Shown piece by piece: positions 1 through 9,980 of a stretch of 64,000 bases of DNA (positions are counted from its first letter, which is position 1; the number at the start of each line of letters is the position of its first letter). The stretch is from Spirochaetota bacterium (GTDB taxonomy: Bacteria; Spirochaetota; UBA4802; UBA5550). The stretch covers positions 672,001 through 736,000 of the forward strand of contig OY760686.1 in assembly GCA_963663865.1 (NCBI GenBank), read 5' to 3'. The notes beneath the pieces are model-generated. The model was given only the letters and a program-made list of their open reading frames with translations. It was not told the DNA's origin and did not search any database. Both the position numbers and the translations under genes were made by a program.

Positions 1-1
1 T

Positions 2-2050
2 GTCTATGACAGCAATGTCCCTGCAGAGTACGGCGGGTTTTCCGGCGGAGTAGTATCATCAGATATACGGAAACCGCTGCGCGTCTTTTCCGGCCGTATA
101 GACTATAGAACAACAAACCATAACATGACCTCAATACATGTACACGAGAGCGAAAAGTACACCTTTGAGCATTCCTACGACTATAACAGGCAGCCGGAAT
201 TTTACAGGCACGATTTTATTTCGATGCTCGACGTCCCTCTGGGAGATGACATGGGCCTCATGCTAAGCTACAGTCTGAAGTATTCACAGATACCGCTTGA
301 GCATCTGGGTGAGCCGCATAAACAGTCGCGTTCTTCGCAGAGCTTTATCATGAAGTACGAATACGATGTTTCTGAATCGGGTATCCTTGATTTGCAGTTT
401 ATCTACGCTCCTTACGAGGGGCACTATTTTACTCAAAACGCAAAAAACAGCGACTATACCCTGAGTAATGATTCAATATCTTTCAGGGGCAGCTATAAAC
501 ACGATTTTGACAGCTTTGAGCTGGATACCGCCTCATCATTCCAGTACTACCAGAGCAACCGGGACTCACCGCAGCATTGGTTTCTGTGGGCAAAGACGAA
601 GACAAAGGACTGGGGATCGGTTAGCTATACAGATGAGGACGAAATCAGTGAAGAGGACATAATCTCAGATGTCGCATCGTATAGCTCTGAAGGCGGATAC
701 GGCTCCATTAACACAGGACAGATGGACTGGAGTATGCAATCCGACCTGAAGGGCGAACCGTTCAGTCTCGGGCCGTTGAAGAACGCGCTGAGCGCGGGTT
801 TCAAGTTTTCGCTCCTCAAGGGATGGTACGACAGACCGGAGACGACTTATGTTTATAAGGGAGCTGCTATCAATGATCTGGTGACTGGTGACGGTTCGGA
901 ATTCGACTACGTAACCGGAGAACAGTACTTTTCGGAGCGCAACGTGTATGAGGCTGGATACAGTGCGGCTGCAGTAGCGGAGGGGGCGCTTTACGCTCAG
1001 TACTCAATGGATTTTTTCAGGCTGAATGTTACGCCGGGGCTCAGGGTCTCTTACGATGAGTTTATGGGCAACGTGAATCCTGAACCGCGTCTTTCGCTGA
1101 CCTTTGATATCTTCGGGAACGGCATGACAAAGCTCATCACAGGGGCCAACCGCTACTATGACTTGAGTGTTCTGACATACAAGCTAAGAGAGGCCGTTAA
1201 GCCGTACTACAGGGAGACGAGAACAACCTATCAGAACCGTCTTGAGGAGTGGACGAGGTCAGCTCAGGCAAGCAATATAATAACAGACTATTCACGTCTC
1301 GACACCCCGTTCGCGGACGAATACAACGCCGGTTTTGAGCAGAAGATTTACAAGTCGAAGCTTTCCGGAAAAATAATTGTAAAGAAGTATAAAGACCAGT
1401 TCGCTATGGAAACAACTGAGACTCAGAGCGACGGCAGGGTCTATGTAAGGCTTAACAACAGGGGCAAGTCTGCTTATACCGGACTTTCTGCTTCCTGGGA
1501 GCTGGCCCTGAAAAAACACTATCTGGCGATCAACGCGACCTGGTCAAAGAGCTCAACCAGCAACGAAAACTATGATGTTACCGTAGAGGATGAAGAAGCC
1601 CTTTCTTACGTTTGGTACAGGGGCGAAATAATCCGGTATGCCGAACTTCCGCGGCAGGATTTCAACAGGCCCTTTGTTGTCAATCTTCTCTACGCGTGGC
1701 ACCCCTTCCCGGCGCTTCAGCTGTCTGCTGCCGGAAAGTTCAGAAGCTCCTATATCGCTGTCGATGAAACAGGCGAGTATGAGCCTGTGCCCGACGGAAG
1801 TGAGTATATTGATGATTACACAGGTGATGTTATCAGAGAGGAGCTTGCGGTCTATGAAGAGATTAAGATGAAGAACGTTGTAACGTTTGATGTTAAAATA
1901 CGTTGGGAGTTCTTTGTGACGGATGAATCATCGGTATCGGTTTATGCCGATATCACAAATATCTTTAATTCGAAGTCGCTTGTCGCCGCGAGCAGCACAG
2001 AGTACGAGATGGGTCGGCAGATATGGCTGGGCGCAGAGTACAGCTTTTAA
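2..2050 (+). CDS. TonB-dependent receptor, YddB/FusA-like (5' truncated by window edge)
   Basis: Frame is open from nt 2 (VYDSNVPAEYGGFSGGVV plug-end motif); barrel strands PGLRVSYD, NPEPRLS, YADITNIFN; ends in terminal Phe (LGAEYSF). Confidence 0.9.
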   Translation, partial: VYDSNVPAEYGGFSGGVVSSDIRKPLRVFSGRIDYRTTNHNMTSIHVHESEKYTFEHSYDYNRQPEFYRHDFISMLDVPLGDDMGLMLSYSLKYSQIPLEHLGEPHKQSRSSQSFIMKYEYDVSESGILDLQFIYAPYEGHYFTQNAKNSDYTLSNDSISFRGSYKHDFDSFELDTASSFQYYQSNRDSPQHWFLWAKTKTKDWGSVSYTDEDEISEEDIISDVASYSSEGGYGSINTGQMDWSMQSDLKGEPFSLGPLKNALSAGFKFSLLKGWYDRPETTYVYKGAAINDLVTGDGSEFDYVTGEQYFSERNVYEAGYSAAAVAEGALYAQYSMDFFRLNVTPGLRVSYDEFMGNVNPEPRLSLTFDIFGNGMTKLITGANRYYDLSVLTYKLREAVKPYYRETRTTYQNRLEEWTRSAQASNIITDYSRLDTPFADEYNAGFEQKIYKSKLSGKIIVKKYKDQFAMETTETQSDGRVYVRLNNRGKSAYTGLSASWELALKKHYLAINATWSKSSTSNENYDVTVEDEEALSYVWYRGEIIRYAELPRQDFNRPFVVNLLYAWHPFPALQLSAAGKFRSSYIAVDETGEYEPVPDGSEYIDDYTGDVIREELAVYEEIKMKNVVTFDVKIRWEFFVTDESSVSVYADITNIFNSKSLVAASSTEYEMGRQIWLGAEYSF

Positions 2051-2097
2051 AGTCTGAATGGAGCTTAGTCAGTAATAATAACAGGATAGAGGGATCT

Positions 2098-2985
2098 ATG
2101 AAAAATGTCATTGAGTTTCGAAAAATAAATCACAGCTACGGAGAAAAAAAGGTACTTAACGACCTGACTTTCAGCGTTGGTGAAGGGTCGGTGCTGGGCC
2201 TTCTCGGGAAAAACGGCGCGGGAAAAACTACGACAATTAATATTCTAATGGGTTTTCTTACACCGGATTCCGGCCGGGCCGAGATTTTTGGTGAACCGGC
2301 GGGCCTTATCCCCCCCCAGACGAGGAAGCGTATAGGACTTCTTCATGAAGGGTTTTTACAGTATGACTTCATGACTATTGAACAGGCAGAGAGGTTCTAT
2401 TCAGGCTTCTATGAAAAGTGGAAGAAGGACCTCTATTACGGGCTTATCGACAGAATGGGGCTGAAGTACAATCACCAGATTTCAAAGATGTCGTGCGGCC
2501 AGAGGTCGCAGGTTACCCTCGGGCTTATTCTGGCACAGGATTCAGACCTGCTTATCCTCGATGACTACTCGCTGGGACTTGACCCCGGATACAGGAGGCT
2601 CTTTATCGATTTTCTGGGGGAGCATGTAAGGTCGCAGAGGAAAACCCTTCTTGTTACTTCGCATATTGTGCAGGACCTCGAAAAGATCGTGGATGAGGTC
2701 ATCGTCATTGATTCGGGACGGGCGCTTGTAAATATGCCTCTCGCTGGACTGCAGGACGGCTTCCGGATGTTTTCATATCTGAGGACGGACGGAGAGCCGG
2801 ACGCTCCGAAGGACGATGTTGTGTTCGCTTCGGAGAGCGTTGGAGCAAGGGCCTGCGTGTACAGCTTCAGAAAAGGCGACGAGGTCATGAAGCGTCTCAA
2901 AATCAATGGTATATCATGCAGGTCTTTTACTGAAAATCCGATGACCCTTGAGGACACATTTATCGGTCTGACCGGAAAATACTGA
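2098..2985 (+). CDS. ABC transporter ATP-binding protein
   Basis: Walker A GKNGAGKT, signature-like MSCGQ, Walker B LILDD, H-loop TSH; start moved to ATG 2098 after AGAGGG RBS. Confidence 0.92.
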   Translation: MKNVIEFRKINHSYGEKKVLNDLTFSVGEGSVLGLLGKNGAGKTTTINILMGFLTPDSGRAEIFGEPAGLIPPQTRKRIGLLHEGFLQYDFMTIEQAERFYSGFYEKWKKDLYYGLIDRMGLKYNHQISKMSCGQRSQVTLGLILAQDSDLLILDDYSLGLDPGYRRLFIDFLGEHVRSQRKTLLVTSHIVQDLEKIVDEVIVIDSGRALVNMPLAGLQDGFRMFSYLRTDGEPDAPKDDVVFASESVGARACVYSFRKGDEVMKRLKINGISCRSFTENPMTLEDTFIGLTGKY

Positions 2986-2995
2986 AACTGGAAAG

Positions 2996-3670
2996 GTGAA
3001 CATGTTTAAATCATTAGCTTTAAAAGAATATTTGAAATTAAAGAAGCTCTATCCGCTGCTTCTTTTGTTTAACGCGGCAATGCTTGTATATTTATTTGTT
3101 TCTCTACGTTCGATTTTTGAATTTAACGGTGTTGTAAAGGTATGGAACGCGATTCTCCACGATAAGTTCCTCATCTACGAAAAGATGAAATACACATTCT
3201 TCGCGAGCGCGGCGCTAATCGCGTTTGCCCAGTTTATACCCGAGACATCGCGGAAGCGGCTCAAGCTGCTCTTCCATCTGCCGGTAAATCACTACGCCTC
3301 TGTATACTTCATGCAGGGATTGGGGCTGGCTTCATACCTGCTTATCGGAATAGTGAACCTGGCCGGTATTACCCTTATTATGTCGATGTACTTCCCCGCC
3401 GAGGCCGCGGAAAGCGCGTTTTACAGCGTTCTTCCGTGGTTCTTTGCCGGTTTATTCGCCTACCTCTCTCTGGCGCTTACACTGATAGAGACCAACTGGT
3501 TAAGGCGCCTGGTGTATATCGCTGCCTCATACTACTATGTTCAGATTTACTATCAGGGAGACATTTATCTTGCATATGAACACTCATTGCCGGTGATTGC
3601 GTGCATGGGGCTTCTCTATGTTCCGGCGATTATACTTCCATTACACAGGTTTAAAAGAGGTCTTAAATGA
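2996..3670 (+). CDS. ABC-type membrane permease-like protein
   Basis: About six hydrophobic segments; QFIPE...RLKLLFHLP loop; directly follows the ATPase. Confidence 0.75.
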   Translation: MNMFKSLALKEYLKLKKLYPLLLLFNAAMLVYLFVSLRSIFEFNGVVKVWNAILHDKFLIYEKMKYTFFASAALIAFAQFIPETSRKRLKLLFHLPVNHYASVYFMQGLGLASYLLIGIVNLAGITLIMSMYFPAEAAESAFYSVLPWFFAGLFAYLSLALTLIETNWLRRLVYIAASYYYVQIYYQGDIYLAYEHSLPVIACMGLLYVPAIILPLHRFKRGLK

Positions 3671-5001
3671 TTTTAAAAATATCAAAATACGCAACTGCCG
3701 CTTTAGTTGTCCTGATGACAGCGGCAGCTGTGCCTGAAATAATCGATACTGTATTCAGACAAAACAGCCCATGGCCGTTTGCGTCGTACAGCCATACCGC
3801 AAAAAAATTTCTTGTCCGGGTCAGGGACGATTCGTCCAACACGAAAACCACAGATGACCGGATGTCATATACCACAGAGGATGGAAAGAAGCTTGGTAAA
3901 ATTCAGTACATGAAGATGCTGCCTTTTGAAAACTCGGACGACCTGGCAAAGTGGAACAGGCTGCCCCGCGAGATTGACGGCAGCCCCATAAGCCTTGAGA
4001 TAATCAAGGCAAACAGGCAGTCCTTCAAGATAATGCCCTTCTATATCAATGCGCCGCAGATAGATATTTATCCGATGTTTGAATCGGAATCCAGGTACGC
4101 CAGACTTGAATACGGTCCACACATGTTCCGAATCACCGACAGCATTCTGTTTATCGAGCTTAAGACTAACACTGTAGACAGTGAGAAAAGCGTTGTATTC
4201 ACGGAGGCCATGAAGAAGGCAGGCTTTACATTCCCGGCAAAGAGAATCGCCGGCAACCCTACGACGCGAAAGGCCTTTGACGAAGGCTATTTTGTTGTAG
4301 ATAGCGCGGACAGGCTTTTCCACGTCAAACAGGTTAAGTCGCAGCCATGGGTCAGAGACACCGGAGTAGTATTTGGAAAAAAAGTAATAACCATGAGCAT
4401 GATGGAAGACCTCCGCCGTGAGTTTTACGGCTATGTTGTAACCGAAGACCTGAAGGTATCGCTTATATCGTATGACAATTACAGGCTTATACAGCTTCCT
4501 GTTGGGAATTATGATCCTCGTGAGTCGCATTTGCTTTTTGCGGCAGACCCTCTTGGCAGGACCATAAGGATATGGGATGATGAGAGGATACGCACCGTAT
4601 ATGTCGACAGGGATTACAGGCTCGTAAAAGAGCATGAGACTGTAAGGGAAAAGGTCAATGAAGGGCTTGAACGCGTAGTTTCTTTTCTCCTGCCTTTCCG
4701 CATAGACACGGAAGACAGCAGCACACAGTATGTCGCTATTAACTTTAAGCACAGCGGAGCTGCATCGTTACCGCTCTGCGCGGCAGCAGCCATTCTGTAT
4801 GTCTTCTACATCCTGAAGAGGAGGATGGGGCTGAGGGGGTATCTTGCTGATATTCTGCTGGTTTTAATTACAGGAATATACGGGCTTTTTGCCCTTATCG
4901 TAACCGGTCCATTCGGCAGAAAGGATGAGAAAGCATCAAAGACAGACGGCTCATCCTGCCGCGGGGAAAACAGCGAAAATTGTGGAAGGTGCCGGGCGTG
5001 A
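3667..5001 (+). CDS. DUF4857-like membrane-anchored periplasmic protein
   Basis: ATGA-coupled; N- and C-terminal TM helices; GNPTTRKAFDEGYF...LFHVKQVK motif recalled from DUF4857. Confidence 0.7.
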   Translation: MILKISKYATAALVVLMTAAAVPEIIDTVFRQNSPWPFASYSHTAKKFLVRVRDDSSNTKTTDDRMSYTTEDGKKLGKIQYMKMLPFENSDDLAKWNRLPREIDGSPISLEIIKANRQSFKIMPFYINAPQIDIYPMFESESRYARLEYGPHMFRITDSILFIELKTNTVDSEKSVVFTEAMKKAGFTFPAKRIAGNPTTRKAFDEGYFVVDSADRLFHVKQVKSQPWVRDTGVVFGKKVITMSMMEDLRREFYGYVVTEDLKVSLISYDNYRLIQLPVGNYDPRESHLLFAADPLGRTIRIWDDERIRTVYVDRDYRLVKEHETVREKVNEGLERVVSFLLPFRIDTEDSSTQYVAINFKHSGAASLPLCAAAAILYVFYILKRRMGLRGYLADILLVLITGIYGLFALIVTGPFGRKDEKASKTDGSSCRGENSENCGRCRA

Positions 5002-7793
5002 ACTACAGATACATTGCGGTAATAATAGTCAACGCGGTCCTTGCCGCTGCAGTCGGCGCGCGGGCGGGGGATGCCTCAGAGAAGCTGCCATTTTCGGAGA
5101 AGATTATCCGCGGGAAAATGGACAATGGAATACAATACTATGTCATGGAAAACAGCTTCCCGCCTGGCATGGTTGAGCTGAGGCTGAATGTCCGGACCGG
5201 ATCGCTCAATGAAAGGGATGATGAAAGGGGGATTGCCCACTTTGTAGAGCACATGGCCTTTAACGGCACGAGAAACTTCAAAGGAAATGACCTGATAAAG
5301 TTTATGGAGTCTCTCGGCATGACCTTCGGCAGGCATTCAAACGCCTATACATCCACGAATAACACAAACTATCAGCTATCTGTTCCTTCCGGGAGGGGAG
5401 AGCTGCTGGACAGTTCATTCATGTTCATGAGGGACTGGGTTGACGGCATCTCATTTGATCCGCTTGAGATTGAGAAGGAGAAGGGCGTGATAGTTGAGGA
5501 GTGGAGAGCGAGAAACGACGTGAGGTCGCGCGCAGCAAAAAAAAACAGGGAGCTTATCCTTGAAGGTTCTCTCTATCCGGAGAGGGACCCGATTGGGGAC
5601 ATGGATATTGTAAAAGGTGCCAACAGGGAGCTGCTAAAGGGTTATTATGACAGATTGTACACGGCTGACCATGTTTCGGTAATTGCAGTCGGCGACATAA
5701 AAGCTGAAAAGATTATACAGCTTATCAAAAAGCATTTCAGCGACGTTCCGGCTAAAAGGGCCCCGGCTGGACCTGATCCAAATATTAGAATAAAAAACGG
5801 TTTGAGGATGAGGACCTTCAGTGATCCGGAGCTTACGTCTCATTCACTTTCCTACAGCCTGTTCCATCCTTCCGCCAAAACAGAAACATACGCGGACCTG
5901 AAGGAGATGTATCTGAGGCAGGGCGCACTGAGAATGCTCAACAGGAGAATGCAGAATAAAATCAGGGAAAAGGGGCTTCAGCTTCTGAGCTTCCGCGCGG
6001 CAGGCAGCGAGGTTGTCGACGGGCTTTTTCTGTTGAGGTTCGCTATTCCGCTGAAACCGGAAACCATGAGAGCTGACATTTCAGCTATGCTTAAAGAGAT
6101 TGAAAGGGCCCGCAGGCACGGTTTTACGGAGGCTGAATACCTGGATATGACTGTGTCTATGAAGAAGACGCTTGAAAGGCTGGCCGAACCCGATCACAAA
6201 TTTGAGTCCTCCAGATACGCCGATATTATTTGCGATTACGATACATCCGGAGGCAGCCTTACGGATTTTGCCCAGGACAAAGAGCTCTTTGAAAGGATAA
6301 CGTCCGAGACTGGCCCGGAGGATTGCAATTCAGCCTTCAGGGCCCTTCTGTCATCGGAGAGCGGGCTCGTAACAATTTCATCACCTGAATCAGAAGCAGA
6401 GGGCATAAAGATTTCGGAGTCTGAATTCGCGTCTATGAAAAAGGCAGCGGCCTCCTCGGAGATAAAGGCCCCAGTAGTGGTGACCGCCCGGGCGGCGCTC
6501 TTCGATGAAAAGCCCCGTCCTGGGAAAATTAAGCAAAGGTCCATGAACGGGGCCGGTGAGCTTATAGAGTATGAAAACGGGCTGTCGATCCTGGTAAAGA
6601 ACAGCAAGGCCGAAACAAACAGCTTCGTGATGAAGGGGATAAAGCCCGGAGGCTACTCAGCTCTTGGAGACGAAGAGGCAGTCCTGGCGCAGCTCATGCT
6701 GTCAGGGGTTGCGGCAAGCGGCTTTGAAGGAGTCAGCCGAAGTCAGCTTGATTCGATGATGGCCGGTGTTTCAGTCAGGGTTGCGCCTTCTATAGGTGAG
6801 TTATCCTTTGACTTCGACGCGGCCGGGGACAGCAGGGACATAGAGTACGCCTTCAAACTGATAAACCGTTACATGGCAGCGTCTTCGATGGAGGAAAACG
6901 TTATCGGCTCTATTAAGAAAAGGATGAAACACGCTATCGAGGTCAGGTCAGCTGATAAAAAGTACAGCTTTTTCCGCGGGGCGGAGCGTTCAACATACAA
7001 CGGCAATTACCGCGACCTTAACCCTGAAGTAAGCGATCTGGAAAACGCGGACATAGAAAATCTTCACAGGATTTACAGGAGGCATTATTCAGAGGCCGGA
7101 AGCTTCCGCTTTGTGATCTCTGGAGATGTGAGCGCGGACACAGCGGCCGAGCTGGGCCGGGTTTATCTGGCCGGGCTTCCTTCGGGGGAGGATGAAGCCG
7201 CATTTAAGGACAGAGGCGTAAGGCTTCGTAAAAAATTCCTTCGTGAAGAGGGATACGGAGATACGGAGCGGAAAACTTCAGTAGTAATTCGCCTTGAGCG
7301 TGAGATAGATACGTCAGATGACGGGGAATACTACGCCGAAATGATAAAAAGAGTGCTGAACAAACGCGTCCGCGAGGAAGTCAGAGAGAAGCTGGGTGCG
7401 GTGTATTCAGCGGGAGTATCGCTCAGGTATTCAGATATTCCGCGGCCTTCCTTCTCCGGCACGTTGTCTTTCAGCTGTGAGCCTTCGCGTAAAGATGAGA
7501 TTATAAGTGCTATCATGAAAATCATCAGCGATGTTGCGGAAAAGGGCGTGACGGAGAAGGAGCTGGACGACGCAAGGAAACAGTACCTTCTGTCTCTGGA
7601 TACAGCCAGTGAAAGAAACATGTTCTGGTCGAAGACGTTGAGTAATGACATCCTTGAAGGCAGCCAGCCAGGGACGCTGAAACAGATGCGGGAAGCGGTA
7701 AATTCCATAACAGTCAATGGAATAAAGCGTCATGCCAGGATGTTTCTCGACGGGATGTCCTGCGCAGTGCTGGTATACAATCCGGAGATGTAG
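4998..7793 (+). CDS. pqqL: M16 family zinc protease, PqqL/FusC-like
   Basis: Inverted zincin HFVEH, NAYTS, EKEKGVIVEEWR, VREKLGAVY; signal peptide; GTG 4998 overlaps upstream TGA, GGAAGG RBS. Confidence 0.88.
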   Translation: MNYRYIAVIIVNAVLAAAVGARAGDASEKLPFSEKIIRGKMDNGIQYYVMENSFPPGMVELRLNVRTGSLNERDDERGIAHFVEHMAFNGTRNFKGNDLIKFMESLGMTFGRHSNAYTSTNNTNYQLSVPSGRGELLDSSFMFMRDWVDGISFDPLEIEKEKGVIVEEWRARNDVRSRAAKKNRELILEGSLYPERDPIGDMDIVKGANRELLKGYYDRLYTADHVSVIAVGDIKAEKIIQLIKKHFSDVPAKRAPAGPDPNIRIKNGLRMRTFSDPELTSHSLSYSLFHPSAKTETYADLKEMYLRQGALRMLNRRMQNKIREKGLQLLSFRAAGSEVVDGLFLLRFAIPLKPETMRADISAMLKEIERARRHGFTEAEYLDMTVSMKKTLERLAEPDHKFESSRYADIICDYDTSGGSLTDFAQDKELFERITSETGPEDCNSAFRALLSSESGLVTISSPESEAEGIKISESEFASMKKAAASSEIKAPVVVTARAALFDEKPRPGKIKQRSMNGAGELIEYENGLSILVKNSKAETNSFVMKGIKPGGYSALGDEEAVLAQLMLSGVAASGFEGVSRSQLDSMMAGVSVRVAPSIGELSFDFDAAGDSRDIEYAFKLINRYMAASSMEENVIGSIKKRMKHAIEVRSADKKYSFFRGAERSTYNGNYRDLNPEVSDLENADIENLHRIYRRHYSEAGSFRFVISGDVSADTAAELGRVYLAGLPSGEDEAAFKDRGVRLRKKFLREEGYGDTERKTSVVIRLEREIDTSDDGEYYAEMIKRVLNKRVREEVREKLGAVYSAGVSLRYSDIPRPSFSGTLSFSCEPSRKDEIISAIMKIISDVAEKGVTEKELDDARKQYLLSLDTASERNMFWSKTLSNDILEGSQPGTLKQMREAVNSITVNGIKRHARMFLDGMSCAVLVYNPEM

Positions 7794-7795
7794 CG

Positions 7796-7865
7796 GTAGA
7801 GCCGCCCGTGTACCTGTAGAGCCGCCTGACATCTGTAGAGCCGTCCAAATTGGACGGCTCTACAG
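7796..7865. repeat. Three GTAGAGCCG-initiated units, the last a perfect 16-bp inverted repeat (REP-like / bidirectional terminator)
   Basis: Units at 7796, 7816, 7835; ctgtagagccgtccaa-a-ttggacggctctacag at 7833-7865, between convergent genes. Confidence 0.75.
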
Positions 7866-7875
7866 CGGGGTCTGT

Positions 7876-9567
7876 TTACATTTTGAAAAAGTCCAGCCTT
7901 GCCTGAAGGTTCTCTGCCATCTTTTCAATTGTGTGAGAGCTGGCGGAAAGTTCTTCGGCGCCGGATGCTATTGTCTGGCTGAGTTCCGCAATATTGCCTA
8001 CGGTCGATACGATTTCGTTGGCGGCGAGCTCCTGTTCCTTCGTTGCGTTTTTTATAAGTTCAGCCTTTTCAACGACGTGTACAGCATCCTCTTCCACCTT
8101 GATTCGTGATTCGTCGAGTCTGCCTACAAAGACTATCTGCTTTTCCATCATGCCGTTAATGTTTTCAATGCCGTCAACAATCTTCCCTATTGACTTTACT
8201 GTCTCTGAAACCTGGGTAAGCCCTCCCGCTATTCCGGAGTTGGTGCGTTTGATTAGACCGTCAATATTCTTGATGCTGTTTGAGGTTTCATCGGCAAGCT
8301 TTGAAATCTCGTCGGCTACAACAGCGAATCCGCGGCCGGAGTCTCCAGCTCGTGCCGCTTCGATTGCGGCGTTCAGCGAGAGCAGATTGATCTGGTCAGA
8401 GATGTCGTTAATTATGGTGGTGATATCCAGCATCTCCGACGAAGCTGAACTGATTTCATTCATTGTGTTTATCATCACATCAAGCCTCTTTTCTCCCGCC
8501 GAGGCTTCGGTGTTGATTTTGGCGGCCAGGTCTTTGGTTTCCTCAATCATCTTCTGAGTGGCCAGGGCATTTTGGGAAAATTCCTCCAGACGTGCAATCA
8601 GGCTGTCAATAAGCTGTTTCTGCAAATCTGTATTGTCAGCAATGTTTTCCATGCCCGCTGTAAGCTCCTCAATCGTAGAGCTGATCTCCTCTGAGCTTGC
8701 CGCCCCTGCTTGAGCGGTAGATGCAAAGTTGTCCGAAGCTGCGGAAAGCTGTTCCGAACTTGAGGAAAGGGAGTGTGAGATATTTGATATTTCCGAAACA
8801 GTCACATTTAGAATGTCTTTCATGTTGTTCAGGTCACGTGACATGCTGCCAAGTTCGTCACGCCTTGATGATGATAGCTCGGTTCTGAGGTCACCCCTGG
8901 ACAGACTGCTAGAAAAAGAGGAAACCTTATTTATAGTGTAAGCTATTTTGTTTCCGAAAATGTATGTTGCAATTGATCCAATGACGATAAGAATTAAAGA
9001 AAGAATAAGAATTCTTACAGCAATTGACTCAAGATTCTTATGGTATTCAGAAGCCATCACACCAGCATAAAGTGCTCCAACAATATTTCCTGTGGAATCA
9101 GTCAACGGTTCATAGCGGGTATAGTAATCATTTCCGAGGAAGGTAACTTCACCGGTAAAAAAAGTCTTTTCTGTGAATATTTTTTCGTAGGCTATTCCGG
9201 TGAGCCTGGTATCGACAGCCCTTTCTCCATTATCCTTTATTACGTTGGTGGATATTCTTACATCGTTATGAAAAATTGTCGCTGTTCCTCCGAAGATTGC
9301 AGAGACAGAATCTACAATGTGGTGATTTGAGCTAATTATATATTCTCCGGCCATCAGCAATCCATCCTTTACTGATACAGAGCCCTTTTCTTGAATAAGT
9401 AATCGCATAAGTTTTATTCTATTCTCAAGGTCTTTTCTGCTACGGAGATCTGCATCATTCATTGTGCTATGGACTGTCAAAAGTGTAATCACTCCGATGG
9501 TAAAAATAATCAAAGTTATACCAAAAAAAACAATTCTGTGGCCGATTTTCCTCTTAATGTTAAACAT
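7876..9567 (-). CDS. Methyl-accepting chemotaxis protein with Cache sensor and HAMP domains
   Basis: Hairpin tip [34 protein letters not shown]; two TMs flanking GGTATIF..VRISTN Cache motif; RDELG HAMP; ATG 9567 with GAGG RBS. Confidence 0.95.
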   Translation of the reverse strand: MFNIKRKIGHRIVFFGITLIIFTIGVITLLTVHSTMNDADLRSRKDLENRIKLMRLLIQEKGSVSVKDGLLMAGEYIISSNHHIVDSVSAIFGGTATIFHNDVRISTNVIKDNGERAVDTRLTGIAYEKIFTEKTFFTGEVTFLGNDYYTRYEPLTDSTGNIVGALYAGVMASEYHKNLESIAVRILILSLILIVIGSIATYIFGNKIAYTINKVSSFSSSLSRGDLRTELSSSRRDELGSMSRDLNNMKDILNVTVSEISNISHSLSSSSEQLSAASDNFASTAQAGAASSEEISSTIEELTAGMENIADNTDLQKQLIDSLIARLEEFSQNALATQKMIEETKDLAAKINTEASAGEKRLDVMINTMNEISSASSEMLDITTIINDISDQINLLSLNAAIEAARAGDSGRGFAVVADEISKLADETSNSIKNIDGLIKRTNSGIAGGLTQVSETVKSIGKIVDGIENINGMMEKQIVFVGRLDESRIKVEEDAVHVVEKAELIKNATKEQELAANEIVSTVGNIAELSQTIASGAEELSASSHTIEKMAENLQARLDFFKM

Positions 9568-9980
9568 GTAATTGTGCCTCCATGGAAACTTTTGTTTTGA
9601 AATCAGGGTTGATAAATGTAAAATCGAGACAATTCGTTCATATATAGCATTTAAGTAATAGAAAAAACGCTTCATAAGCAGTATGATAGGTATTATAATC
9701 GTTAAATTGAATCTGGACAGAGTTTGTAATATGTATAGAACTGGCAATAAAAAAAGAGAAAGGAGCTAAAAATTGCGTCAATAAGTGTAAGAATATTGCA
9801 TAAAGCATCAATTATGGAGCATATACTTCTTGACAGCTCCTGGAAATATTGTACCGGAATTCAACTTCGGTGATTATAACAGGGTCGTTTTTTCTTGAAT
9901 TGAATCAGCCATCTCACCTGTGGATGGTACGCTGCGATTTTAAGTATATATCATAAAACTACAATTTGGGGGTTGTACCA

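Noticed and set aside
3865-4752. 295-aa antisense ORF
   Set aside because: Lies wholly opposite the DUF4857-like gene; no recognisable motifs.
7796-7865. Possible mini CRISPR array
   Set aside because: Repeat of 9-11 nt and spacers of about 10 nt are far too short; no cas genes.
7994-8557. 187-aa Ser-rich ORF
   Set aside because: Typical antisense shadow of the MCP signalling domain.
9568-9747. 60-aa N-terminal extension of the MCP
   Set aside because: AT-rich promoter region; RBS supports ATG at 9567.
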